From an uncultured Verrucomicrobiae bacterium (GTDB lineage Bacteria; Verrucomicrobiota; Verrucomicrobiia; Limisphaerales; UBA11358): a DNA stretch of 64,000 nt. Location of the stretch: NCBI GenBank assembly GCA_963738225.1, contig CAVTVR010000001.1, forward strand, positions 7,531-71,530, written 5' to 3'. Positions 39,722-50,141 of this stretch are shown here, piece after piece. A program made the translations under genes and the position numbers. Below the pieces are notes generated by a model. That model was not told the DNA's origin. It searched no databases and was given only the letters and a program-made list of their open reading frames with translations. Positions within the stretch are counted from its first letter, which is position 1, and the number at the start of each line of letters is the position of its first letter.

Positions 39722-40279
39722 ATGAATTCCAATGACCCGGTTACTTTGACTCGTGACGTGGAAGCCTCGGTGGTTCCCATCGGCACCAAAGTCACGCTCC
39801 AAAAAGGCGAGATCGCGCACATCACGCAGTCGCTCGGCGGCAGCTACACGGTTATTGTCAACGGCAACATGTTCCGCATCGCGGAAAATGACGCTGACGC
39901 CCTTGGTCTGGAAGTGGCAGCCCAAACGGCCACCGCCTCCGCCCCGCGCGGCCCGCTGACGCAAGAACAGCTCGAAAAGCGGGTATGGGAATCGCTCAAG
40001 ACCTGTTACGACCCGGAAATTCCCGTCAACATCGTGGACCTCGGCCTGATTTACGACTGCCATCTCACACCCATCGGCGCGGACAATTTCAAGGCTGATG
40101 TCAAAATGACATTAACCGCTCCCGGCTGCGGCATGGGACCGGTGCTGGCGCAGGACGTGCAAAACAAACTCGTCTCGCTCGAACCGATTGCCGAGGCGAA
40201 CGTCGAACTCGTCTGGGATCCGCCGTGGAACCAGAGCATGATGACCGAGGCGGCGAAGCTGCAACTGGGTTTGCTGTAA
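39722..40279 (+). CDS. sufT: Putative Fe-S cluster assembly protein SufT (DUF59/MIP18 domain)
   Basis: VWESLKTCYDPEIPVNIVDLGLIY...MTLTAPGCGMGPVL...VELVWDPPWNQSMMTE. Confidence 0.8.
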   Translation: MNSNDPVTLTRDVEASVVPIGTKVTLQKGEIAHITQSLGGSYTVIVNGNMFRIAENDADALGLEVAAQTATASAPRGPLTQEQLEKRVWESLKTCYDPEIPVNIVDLGLIYDCHLTPIGADNFKADVKMTLTAPGCGMGPVLAQDVQNKLVSLEPIAEANVELVWDPPWNQSMMTEAAKLQLGLL

Positions 40280-40317
40280 TTTTTCAACCCCTCTGGCCGG
40301 AGCCATCCGGAGTTGGA

Positions 40318-41877
40318 TTATTTTTTCAACAGGGCGAACTCCATCGAGTCCACCAGCGCCTGCAAGCTGGCTTCGATGATGTTCTCGTTCACGCCAACCG
40401 TGCCCCATTCGCGCCGGCCGTCGGCGGACTGGATCAGCACGCGCGTCTTGGCCGCCGTGCCGGTGGCGGAATCCAAAATGCGGACTTTGTAATCCGTCAG
40501 CGTGATTTTTTTCAATTTGGGAAATGATTTCGCCAACGCATTTCGCAGCGCGCCGTCGAGCGCATTGACCGGGCCGTCGCCTTCGGCCACTTCGTGGTGA
40601 ACTTTTTTTCCGACGCGCACGCGCACGGTCGCTTCGCAAATGGATTCCTTTTTGTCGCGCCGCATGGAAACGTGATATGTCTCGACGGCGAACGGCGGCT
40701 CGCGATGCTTCAAAATTTTTCCGATGAGCAGCGCGAGCGAGCCTTCGGCGGCCTCGTATTCGTATCCCGCGTTTTCCAGTTCCTTGACGCGCGCGATGAT
40801 GGTTTTCACCTCCGCCGTGTCCGGCTTCAAATTGAAGCCCAGTTCCACCGCCTTCATCAAAATGTTCGAGCGGCCGGACATGTCGCTGATGAGCACGCGG
40901 CGGGAATTGCCGACGGCCTCCGGCTGGATGTGCTCGTAGCTGCGCGAGATCCGGTCAATCGCGTGGACGTGCATGCCGCCCTTGTGCGCGAATGCCGTCT
41001 GCCCGACCCACGGCTGACGCGGGTTGTGCCGCATGTTCGCAATCTCGTCCACAAATTCGGAAAGTTCCTTGAGCTTGGGCAGCGATTTCGCCGGCACGCC
41101 GAGCTTTTTCATCTTGAAATGCACCAGCGGAATCACGCTGATCAAATTGCAGTTGCCCGTGCGCTCGCCGTAGCCGTTGATCGTGCCCTGCACCTGGGTC
41201 GCGCCCGCTTCAATGCCCGCCAGCGCGTTCGCCACGCCCACGCCGGAATCATCATGCGTGTGGATGCCGATGCGCGTGTTCAATTTGCTTTTTGCGAAGG
41301 CGGTGATTTTTGAAATTTCACCCGGCAGACAGCCGCCGTTCGTGTCGCAGAGCACGATGCAATCCGCGCCGGCCTTTTCCGCCGCCTGCCAGGTGGCCAG
41401 CGCGTATTCCGGTTCGTCCTTGAAACCGTCGAAGGAATGTTCCGCGTCGTAAAAAACGATTTTGCCGTGATCCTTCAGAAATTTCACCGTGTCGCCAATC
41501 ATCGCCAGGTTTTCCTCTGGCGTCGCGCGCAGCACTTCGGTGACGTGCAGCAGCCACGTTTTGCCGACGATAGTGACGACGGGCGTTTCCGCCTCGAGAA
41601 TCTGCCGCATCAAATCGTCGTTTTCGACGGCAACGCCTTTGCGCCGCGTCATGCTGAACGCCGCGATTTTCGCGTGTTTCCATTTTCGACGCGCGGCCTG
41701 TTTGAAAAATTCCAGATCCTTGGGATTGCTGCCCGGCCAGCCGCCTTCAATATAATGCACCCCAAACGAATCGAGCCTCTCGGCGATGCGGAGTTTGTCC
41801 GCGACCGAGAAATTGATGCCTTCGCCCTGCGAGCCATCGCGCAGGGTCGTGTCGTAGATTTCGACTTGGGGTTTCAT
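40318..41877 (-). CDS. cimA: Citramalate synthase / 2-isopropylmalate synthase family (CimA-type)
   Basis: IYDTTLRDGSQGEGINFS, YIEGGWPGSNPKD, GIHTHDDSGVGVANA and a C-terminal LeuA-dimer-like regulatory domain. Confidence 0.85.
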   Translation of the reverse strand: MKPQVEIYDTTLRDGSQGEGINFSVADKLRIAERLDSFGVHYIEGGWPGSNPKDLEFFKQAARRKWKHAKIAAFSMTRRKGVAVENDDLMRQILEAETPVVTIVGKTWLLHVTEVLRATPEENLAMIGDTVKFLKDHGKIVFYDAEHSFDGFKDEPEYALATWQAAEKAGADCIVLCDTNGGCLPGEISKITAFAKSKLNTRIGIHTHDDSGVGVANALAGIEAGATQVQGTINGYGERTGNCNLISVIPLVHFKMKKLGVPAKSLPKLKELSEFVDEIANMRHNPRQPWVGQTAFAHKGGMHVHAIDRISRSYEHIQPEAVGNSRRVLISDMSGRSNILMKAVELGFNLKPDTAEVKTIIARVKELENAGYEYEAAEGSLALLIGKILKHREPPFAVETYHVSMRRDKKESICEATVRVRVGKKVHHEVAEGDGPVNALDGALRNALAKSFPKLKKITLTDYKVRILDSATGTAAKTRVLIQSADGRREWGTVGVNENIIEASLQALVDSMEFALLKK

Positions 41878-42100
41878 AGCGGGTCGTAAAAACGGAGGCA
41901 TACTATCTCTGAATTTTGTCAGACAGGCAAATCTGAAAACCGATCAGGAAATCGAACTCACCCGACTTGCCGTTTCCTGATCTTATCTTGTTGTAATCTT
42001 AATCGCTGGCGAAGGAGATTTCGATTAAGATTTAGACGCAAGCCTCAAACGATGTTTGCCAGGGCATTGCACTTTGGCTGCGAGCGGTTAGATTGCCGGC

Positions 42101-42280
42101 ATGGAAGAATTTGCGGACCTCCAATGCCCGTTCTGCGGCCAGACGTTTGAAGTGGTCGTGGACACGAGCGTTGCCAGCCAGCGGTTCACGACGGATTGCG
42201 AAGTCTGCTGCCGCCCGATTGAAGTCCACGCCGAATGCAAACCGGGTGAAATCACAAACCTCGAAGCGGCGGTCGGTTGA
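42101..42280 (+). CDS. CPXCG-motif cysteine-rich small protein (59 aa; below the ORF-track cutoff)
   Basis: MEEFADLQCPFCGQTFEVVVDTSVASQRFTTDCEVCCRPIEVHAECKPGEITNLEAAVG*. Confidence 0.65.
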   Translation: MEEFADLQCPFCGQTFEVVVDTSVASQRFTTDCEVCCRPIEVHAECKPGEITNLEAAVG

Positions 42281-42407
42281 TCCGAATCACTAAACGGATG
42301 CGCATGATTTAAGATTCCCTACGCAGATTTTCGACCGAAACGTTTGTCAGAATTTACGCCAAGCCGTTTGAAATCTGCGCTCCCTTGTGCCAGTCAATCC
42401 CGGAAGA

Positions 42408-42446
42408 ATAAAAAAATCAGGGCAGGGAATTGAATCCCTGCCCTGA
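42408..42446 (-). terminator. Rho-independent terminator after the VPDSG-CTERM gene
   Basis: Perfect 11-bp stem cagggcaggga/tccctgccctg (42418-42428 and 42435-42445) with a 6-nt loop. A T-run follows on the minus strand. Confidence 0.8.
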
Positions 42447-42478
42447 AATAATTGCATCGAAAACAATTGGCTAGTTTA

Positions 42479-43024
42479 TTACGCCACCAATTTTTTGCGA
42501 AGCAGCCCGATCGCAGATAATGCGCCTCCGAGCAGCATCACCGTAGCGCCACCATCGGGAACACCCGGAACAGTCACTTGCTGCCCGCCAGGTGCAAGAG
42601 AACTCCACGGGGACGGCGGCACAGAATCCAAAGCGCCGGCATTACCCCATGTGGGAGCTACAAGCGATGTAAAAAAGAAAACACCGCTAGTTCCACCCGA
42701 CGCAACAGGCGCAAAAGTCCAAGTCACTGTGTTGGGATCCATTGAGGTATTATTGCCTGCAAGATACGCGCCGATACCTGTCGTATTAAATGACACGGTG
42801 AAAGCATCAATCGTATCACTGGACGTATTTACAAGCTGGTAATCATAAGTGTATAATCCCGCAGTCAGGTCAACAACAAACCAGGCAGTAATGTTGTCTC
42901 CGGGGGTATTTTGACTGGCTAAAGTTGCGGCTGTAGGACCGACAATCCAGGTTGCTTGAGCTGTCGTCACTGTCATGATGGCAGCGACCCCAGCGATGAG
43001 GGACAATTTGTAGTTCATTTTCAT
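42479..43024 (-). CDS. Secreted protein with VPDSG/PEP-CTERM-type sorting signal
   Basis: Signal peptide MKMNYKLSLIAGVAAIMTVTTAQA. The C-terminus VPGVPDGGATVMLLGGALSAIGLLRKKLVA contains a motif, a TM helix and a basic tail. The G+C content is lower than in neighbouring genes. Confidence 0.8.
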   Translation of the reverse strand: MKMNYKLSLIAGVAAIMTVTTAQATWIVGPTAATLASQNTPGDNITAWFVVDLTAGLYTYDYQLVNTSSDTIDAFTVSFNTTGIGAYLAGNNTSMDPNTVTWTFAPVASGGTSGVFFFTSLVAPTWGNAGALDSVPPSPWSSLAPGGQQVTVPGVPDGGATVMLLGGALSAIGLLRKKLVA

Positions 43025-43079
43025 ATTTTTTCCTTTTGGTTTTTAATTGTTATTCGATGTTACGTTCCAGCAGCTTTAA

Positions 43080-43094
43080 GCAAAGCCGGTGCCA
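43080..43094 (-). promoter_or_regulatory. Sigma-54 (-24/-12) promoter upstream of the VPDSG-CTERM gene
   Basis: The minus strand reads TTGGCACcggctTTGCTT, i.e. TGGCAC-N5-TTGC. The -12 element lies about 56 nt upstream of the ATG at 43024. Confidence 0.65.
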
Positions 43095-43275
43095 ACTCAT
43101 AAAATGGGGATGTATAAATCTGTAAATTACAGCAATACAGCATAATATACATATACTTCAATGTGAGGCTTAGAAAGCTTGCCTTTGCATGATCGTAAAG
43201 GTTTTCGACCGATTCCATGGAAGTTTTTGCAGAATTCACTAATAAATTCGCCATAACACAATTAAAATCAATAGC

Positions 43276-43303
43276 TTGACATCGCGTGCCAAAAGTGTAA
43301 GAT
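43276..43303 (+). promoter_or_regulatory. Candidate sigma-70 promoter for prsK
   Basis: TTGACA (43276-43281), a 16-nt spacer, then TAAGAT (43298-43303), about 105 nt upstream of ATG 43411. Confidence 0.35.
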
Positions 43304-43410
43304 TGGCCGACAGATTAGTGACGTGAAAGATTTGTTTCCAGCAATTTCTTTGCTGCTTTTTCTTCCAGTTTATGCCAGCCTGATCCGGTTGACCGGTATC
43401 AAACCCAGCG

Positions 43411-45530
43411 ATGAACATTACAACTTTGTTTGCCTTTTTGGCCGCGCTGTTCAGCGGTGCCGTGGCTTTCATTGTGGTTTGGAACGAACGCCGTTCCGTC
43501 GTTCATCTCGCCTTTGTGGCCGGCATGGCGCTGCTGGCTTTGGAGAGCGTCTTCTGCGGCCTGTCCTGGGCGGCCCCGTCGGTTCAGGAAATGGCCGGCT
43601 GGCAGCATTGGAAGCTGTTGACCAGTTCCCTGCTGCCGGGCGTCTGGCTGTTTTTCGCCATAAGCTACGGGCGCGGCAATTACCGGGAATTTTTGAGCCG
43701 CTGAAAATTTCTGCTGTTTGCGGCGTTCGCTCGTTCCCCTGGCACTGGTTCTCGCTGACAACCAGGAATTGATCGCATCCGCCGACCAAGTCCGCCGCTG
43801 GTCAGTGGTCGTTTAGTTTGGGGGCAACGGGATATTATTTCTTCCTGTTTCTGCTGGCGGGCCTCGTGCTGGTCGGCATCAATCTGGAAAAAACCTATCC
43901 GCGCGGCGGTCGGGGATCATGCGCTGGCGGATCAAATTCATGATTTTGGGGCTGGGCGTTTTGTTCGCCGTGCGGTTTCTGCACCAGCAGCCAGATTTTG
44001 TTGAGCCATACGATAGATTCCCGGCTGCAGATGGTGGATGCCGGCGCGCTGTTGGTGGGCTGCCTGTTGATTCTCCGCTCGCTTGTTCCGCGCCGGTCAT
44101 TTTGACCTGGACGTTTATCCCTCCCACGCCGTGCTGCAAAGTTCGCTGACCATTTTGCTGGCGGGAATTTATCTGCTGGCCATCGGCGTTTTGGCGAAAG
44201 TCGTGTCCCTGTTCAAATTCGGCGACAACGTCATCATCAAGGCGTTTGTGTTTCTGCTGGCGGCGGTGCTGCTGGCCATTTTGCTGTTGTCCGACCGCGT
44301 GCGTCTGCGCCTCAGCCGGTTTGTGAGCCGGCATTTTCAGCGTCCGCTTTATGATTACCGCACCGTGTGGCGGCGGTTCACGGAAGCCACGGCCTCGTGC
44401 GTGAACCAGGCCGATTTGTGCCAGGTGGCGGTGAAATCGGTGACGGACATTTTCCAGGCGCTGTCGGTGACCATCTGGCTCGTGGACGAACAGCAGTCGC
44501 AACTGGTTTTTGCCGCCTCCACTTTTCTCACGGAAACCAAGGCGGAAACCTTGCGGCCCAACAAGGAAGAACTCGCGGAAGTGCTTGAACGCCCTGCACG
44601 CACAGCGCGAACCGGTGGACATTGACGCCGCGAAGGAAAACTGGGCGGCAGTTTTGCGCCGCTGCCACCCGGACGAATTTCGCAAAGGCGGCAACCGCGT
44701 TTGCGTGCCCATGATCGTCGGCGAGGAGATTGTCGGCCTGATGATTTTGGGCGACCGCGTCAGCGCGCACGACGTTCACCTGGCAGGATTTTGATCTGCT
44801 CAAGTGCATCGGCGACCACATTGCCGCCGGCCTGCTCAACACGCGCCTGTCGCAAAAACTTTTGCAGACCAAGGAACTCGAAGCGTTCCAGACCATGTCC
44901 GCGTTTTTCGTCCATGACCTGAAAAACACGGCGAACACGCTCAACCTGATGCTCCAGAATCTGCCGGTGCATTTTGACGACCCGGCGTTCCGCGCGGACG
45001 CGCTGCGCGGCGTGTCGCAAAACCGTCGCGCACATCAACGGCCTCATCGGCCGGCTCGGTTCCATCCGCCACGAATTGCAGATCAAGCCCGTCGAATCCG
45101 ACCTCAATGAAGTGGTGGCCAAATCGCTGGCCGGCTGGGAAGAAGCCGCCGGCATCAATCTGAAAAAAGATTTGCCGCCGCTGCCGAAAGTGTTGTTTCG
45201 ACCCGGAACAGATGTTGAAGGTGGCGACCAACCTGATTTTCAACGCGCGCGAAGCCGTGACCGCGTCCGCCGGCCAGGTGCAAATCCAGACCAGCCAGAG
45301 CAACGGCTGGGCGGTGCTGGCCGTTTCCGACAACGGCTGCGGCATGAGCCGCGGAATTTTTGAGCCGCTCGCTGTTCCGCCCGTTTCAAACGACGAAAAA
45401 AAACGGGCTTGGCATCGGCATGTTTCAGAGCAAAATGATTGTCGAGGCGCACAAAGGCAGGATCGAAGTCGAAAGCGAAACCGGCAAAGGCACGACCTTC
45501 CGGGTGTTTTTGCCGCTGAAAAAATCATGA
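43411..45530 (+). pseudogene. prsK: PEP-CTERM-system sensor histidine kinase PrsK-like; heavily frame-disrupted (at least 10 shifts plus one in-frame TGA)
   Basis: Multi-TM N-terminus (MRWRIKFMILGLGVLFAVRF...), H-box FFVHDLKN, and DNGCGMS, GLGIGMF, GKGTTF. The reading jumps frame near 43725, 43800, 43890, 43912, 43975, 44085, 44590, 44770, 45010, 45200 and 45352. Confidence 0.75.
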
Positions 45531-46885
45531 ATCCCAAACTGCTGATTGTTGACGACGACGAGGAAATCCGCACCCAGATGAAATGGGCGCTGGCGAAGGA
45601 TTACGAAGTTTTGCTGGCCGAAGACCGCGCCGAGCGCGCTGGAAATTTTCCGCGCCGCGCAGCCCGCCGTGGTGCTGCTGGATTTGGGCCTGCCGCCGCA
45701 TCCGGGCAATCCCGGAAGAAGGGCTGGCCGTCGCTGTCCGATTTGCTCGCGCTGAACCGGCTGGTCAAAGTGGTCATCATCAGCGGCCAGGGCGAAAAGG
45801 AAAACGCGCTGCGCGCCATCGGCGCCGGCGCCTACGATTTTTTGTCCAAGCCGGTCGAGATGGAGGAAGTGAAATTTCTGCTCAAGCGCTGTTTCCACGT
45901 CGCGCAACTGGAGAAGGAATACGCCGCCATGCAGCAGCTGATGCGGCGGCGATTCGTTTGAAGGGATGCTGGGCACGAGCGCGCAGATGCGGCCGATTTT
46001 TGAAACCATCCGCAAAGTGGCCACGACCGACGCGCCGGTGTTGATTCTGGGCGAAAGCGGCACGGGCAAGGAAATGGTCGCCCAGCGCCATTCACCAGCG
46101 GAGCAACAACAAAGCCGGGCCGTTCATCGCCATCAATTGCAGCGCGATTCCCGAAACGCTGCTGGAAAGCGAATTGTTCGGCCACGAAAAAGGCGCGTTC
46201 ACCGGCGCGCACGTCCAGCGCAAAGGCCGGATTGAAACCGCCAGCGGCGGCACGCTGTTTCTGGATGAAATCGGCGAAATCCCGCTGCCGTTGCAGGTGA
46301 AGCTGCTGCGCTTTTTGCAGGAGCAAACCATCGAGCGCGTCGGCGGGCGCCAGGAAATCCACATCAACACCCGCGTGGTCGCCGCCACCAACGCCGATCT
46401 GAAAAAGGCCATGCCGGCCGGCACGTTCCGCGAGGATTTATTTTACCGGCTGGCCGTGGTGCAAATGGTGTTGCCGCCGTTGCGCGACCGCGACAACGAC
46501 GTCCGCCTGCTCGCGCAATTTTTCCTCAACCGGTTTGCCGCCCAAGTGAACAAGCCGAACCTGGCCTTTGACCAGGAGGCGATCCGCGCCTTGAACAAGC
46601 ATGACTGGCCGGGCAACGTGCGCGAACTGGAAAATTGCGTCCGGCGCGCGGTCATCATGGCCGAGGGCAAACGCGTGACGGCGACCGACTTGGAATTGAA
46701 TTCCGCCGGGCTGGGATGCCAATGTCGTCACCTTGAAGGACGCGCGCGAAGCGGTGGAGCGGCAGATGGTGCAGCAGGCGTTGAAAAAACACGGCGGCAA
46801 GATCGCTCCCGCCGCCGTCGAACTGGGCTTGAGCCGCCCGACGCTTTACGAACTGATGGAAAAGCTCGGCATCAGCAAAACCTAA
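45527..46885 (+). pseudogene. prsR: Sigma-54-dependent response regulator PrsR-like; about 6 frame disruptions
   Basis: Receiver domain MNPKLLIVDDDEEIR. AAA+ motifs [23 protein letters not shown] and [11 protein letters not shown]-terminal [20 protein letters not shown]. The start forms an ATGA overlap with the prsK stop. Confidence 0.8.
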
Positions 46886-47530
46886 AACGCCGAGAACCGT
46901 TCCGGCACATAACACGATGTCCTGCGGCTTGAGATAAAAAGGTTTGGTTTCCGTGCCTTGGCCAGCACGGCCTTCAGATTCACGGTGAAGTGCTGCATCA
47001 CGCCGTTTTCATTGCGGACGACCTTGACCTCTTTCATGTTGGCGGTGTTGTAGTCAAACCCGCCCGCTTCCATGACGGCTTCCAGCGCGGTGATGGGATG
47101 ATCCGATAAAACTTTGCCCGGATGCACCACCTGGCCGGTGACAAACACCGGGAAACGTCGAGGATTGCACTTGCACGGTGATTTCCTTGGAGGAAATTTG
47201 CGCGGCGTAAAGATCCACCAGTTTTTTCTGCAAGTCATCCGGCGTCATGCCCGCCGCCGTCCACTTCGCCGATCAACGGCAGGTTAAGTTTGCCATCGCG
47301 GCGGATTGGTTGGGCGGTGTCCAGATTGGGCGAACCGGGGAAGGTGATTTTAAGCACGTCGCCCTCGCGCAAAACGATCGTTTCCGAATGGGTCTGCTCC
47401 GCCGGGGGCTTCGCCGATGAACGCCCGGACGGCATGGTTTGACAGCCGGTGAATGCGCGGCCGCCGCCAAAAACAGGCATGCCAGCCTGAACGCCGGCCA
47501 AGTCCGAAACGAACTGATTTTTGTAATCAT
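46882..47530 (-). pseudogene. Polysaccharide export protein (Wza/SLBB-type, PEP-CTERM-locus-like); at least 4 frame disruptions
   Basis: REGDVLKITFPGSPNLDTAQPIRRDGKLNLPLIGEV, FVTGQVVHPGKV, ITALEAVMEAGGF. The gene is spread over ORFs 47273-47530, 47235-47501, 47054-47248 and 46882-47238. Confidence 0.7.
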
Positions 47531-47641
47531 AGTGTTTTCTGGCTGAGTTTTAACCTTTAAAAATCATAGCCGGAAACCGGCGCGACGCAACAATGGTTTT
47601 TCCATCTGAAGCCGCGGGCCGGATTGACGATTTCGATTAAA

Positions 47642-49067
47642 TCACGCCAGATGCCACGGGGCGCGATACGGGCGGGTCAGCAATTTGCTGGCTTCGCTGT
47701 CGTCGAGAATATTTTCGTTTTGGCGTCCCAGTCGGATTTTCCGGCCGGTGAGCATGGAGATCAAACCGAGATGGCCGGGGATCGCGGAATGATGCGCCGT
47801 TTCCACCGGCGCGATGGTGGGCTGGCGCGACTTCACGCAGTCAAGGAAATTGCGCCAGTGGCCGGGCGACTCGTAAAGTTTCACTTTGCGCAGTTCATCG
47901 GGCAGGTTTTGCCCTTTTTCCATTCCGGATTGGAGGCTTCAAAACCGCCGCGATCCACCCAAACCCAGCCGCTGGTGCCGATCCATTTGGTGCCGCTGCG
48001 GATGTCGTCATATCCGCCGGCAATGATCATGGTGACATCCTGCGGATACTGCGTGACGGCCTTGTCATACGGGCTTCGATGCGATATTTGCCGGTCGTGT
48101 TCCAGAGAGCGTCGGGGGCCGGAAATTCGCCGTGGCCTTCGACTTCCGACGGGCCGGTGCGGTCAAAGCCCAATCCCCAGTGCGCGATGTCGCCGTGATG
48201 GCCGATCCAGTCCATCAACTGCCCGCCGCCGGTGTTGTAGTTCCAGCGCCAGTCCATGTGGACACGCTGCTTGATGTAAGGTTCCATCTTCGATGGCCCG
48301 ATCCAGGTTTCGTAATCAAAATCGGACGGCGGTTCGCTGACGGCCAGATTCCAGGCGGCGGTGCCCGGCGTGATTTTTGTCAGGTCGGTGATTTTTTCCG
48401 GCAAGGTGGCCAGCTTTTTCAGCAACTCCGGCACAGTGCCGGCAAAATCAAAATGGCCGGACGGCAGCCCCACCTCGACGCGCGTCACTTCGCCGATGAG
48501 TCCGTTGCGGACAATTTCCGCCGCCTTGTGGAACGGCGGCTGCGAGCGTTGCCAGGAACCGGTCTGCCAGATGACTTTGTTTTCTTCGACCGCTTTCACG
48601 ATGGCCTGCTGCTCGGCAATGGTTTTGGCCAGCGGTTTTTCCCCGTAAATATCCAAACCGTGCCGCGCGGCTTCCGTGGCCGCCAAGGCATGCCAGTGAT
48701 CGGGAATGGCGATCATCACCGCGTCCAGGTCGGGCCGCGCCATCATTTCACGATAATCGTGATACGCCACGCAGTCCTTGTTGCCGTAGTGCTCGTTGAC
48801 GGTGTCCACCGCCTGTTGCAGATGATTTTTGTCGAGGTCGCACGCGGCGACCACTTGGCAATCCTCCTCCACCAGGAAGGAATTCGTGTTGCTCGGTCCT
48901 TGCATGCCCCAGCCCAACACGCCCATGTGAATTTTGCCCGATGGCGCAATCTTGCCGTTGCGACCCAGAACGGAGCCGGGCAACAGTGTGGGCAGGACAA
49001 TCGCGGCTCCGGCGGCCTTCAGAAAATGGCGGCGGTTAATGGGTGTTTGGGTCAGAGACTTTTTCAT
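47642..49067 (-). pseudogene. Tat-signal Gfo/Idh/MocA family oxidoreductase (paralog of 10930-12284); two frame disruptions (near 48055 and 47925)
   Basis: INRRHFLKAAGAAIVLP, IHMGVLGWGMQG, DWIGHHGDIAHWG. The C-terminal piece is ORF 47642-47923. Confidence 0.75.
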
Positions 49068-49200
49068 GTGCAGGTGTGAATGTTGTTGGTCAATTGTGCA
49101 ACGGTCATTTCGGTTGACGGGTGAATGCCCGGAATAGTTACGTTTCTTGAATTTATTTGCAATGGTTTTTTGCATCCACTGGCAAAAATTTGAGATCCGG

Positions 49201-50100
49201 TCAAAACCGCGTCAGCTTTGCCAGTTCGCTCACGCGCTTTTCGATGGCGGCCCGCTTGGTTTTGGTGGTGGAATTCAAACCAAAACCTTCGCAGCAGAAC
49301 GACGCGGTGACGCTGCCATAGACCATCGCGCGGCGGATGTTCGCGTCAATCGAGCCTTTCGCGCTGGCGAGATAACCCATCATGCCGCCGACAAAGGAAT
49401 CGCCCGCACCGGTCGGGTCCACCACTTTGGACAACGGATAGGCGGGGCAGATGAAAAATCCTTTCGGGCCGGACAAAATCGAGCCGTGCGAACCTTTTTT
49501 TACGATGACGTATTTCGGGCCGAGCGTGTGAATTTTTTTCAGCGCGGCGAGAACGTTGTCTTCCTTCGTCAACTGATGCGCCTCGCTGTCGTTTAGCACA
49601 AAACCGTCAAGACGCGGCAGAAGTTTCAGCAAATCGTCGAGCGCGATGTTCAGCCACAAATCCATCGTGTCGGCGACGACAAATTTTGGCCGCGACATTT
49701 GATCGAGAACGTGATGCTGGAGCGACGGCGCAATGTTTGCGAGCAAAACGAAGGGCGACGCCTTGTGCGCGTCCGGCAGATGCGGCGTGAAATTTTCAAA
49801 CACGCCGAGTTCGGTCAGCAGCGTGCGGCGGTTGTTCATGTTCAACTCGTATTCGCCCGACCAATGAAATGTTTTGCCCGGCAAAATTTGCAGGCCGCCC
49901 AAATCAATTTTGTGCCGGCGGTAAAGTTCCAGGTATTTATTTGGAAAATCCTCGCCGACGACGCCAATCAATTTCACCGGCGAAAAAAAGCTCGCCGCGA
50001 CCGCCGCATGGCTGGCCGAGCCGCCGAGCAGCCGCGGATTTTCCGCCTTGGGAGTTTTGATGGAATCCAGCGCGGTGGAACCGACGATGAGAACGCTCAT
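49201..50100 (-). CDS. PfkB-family carbohydrate kinase
   Basis: VVDPTGAGDSFVGGMMGYL (PfkB signature 2), with a ribokinase-like fold throughout. Confidence 0.8.
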   Translation of the reverse strand: MSVLIVGSTALDSIKTPKAENPRLLGGSASHAAVAASFFSPVKLIGVVGEDFPNKYLELYRRHKIDLGGLQILPGKTFHWSGEYELNMNNRRTLLTELGVFENFTPHLPDAHKASPFVLLANIAPSLQHHVLDQMSRPKFVVADTMDLWLNIALDDLLKLLPRLDGFVLNDSEAHQLTKEDNVLAALKKIHTLGPKYVIVKKGSHGSILSGPKGFFICPAYPLSKVVDPTGAGDSFVGGMMGYLASAKGSIDANIRRAMVYGSVTASFCCEGFGLNSTTKTKRAAIEKRVSELAKLTRF

Positions 50101-50141
50101 TTGATTTATTTTTAGCAGTTGGGAGTTGGAAGTTTTGGAAT

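Noticed and set aside
43060-43472. Small minus-strand ORFs (43060-43254 and 43239-43472) in the AT-rich intergenic region
   Set aside because: They overlap the predicted promoters and the prsK start, have odd composition and show no motifs. They are chance ORFs in AT-rich DNA.
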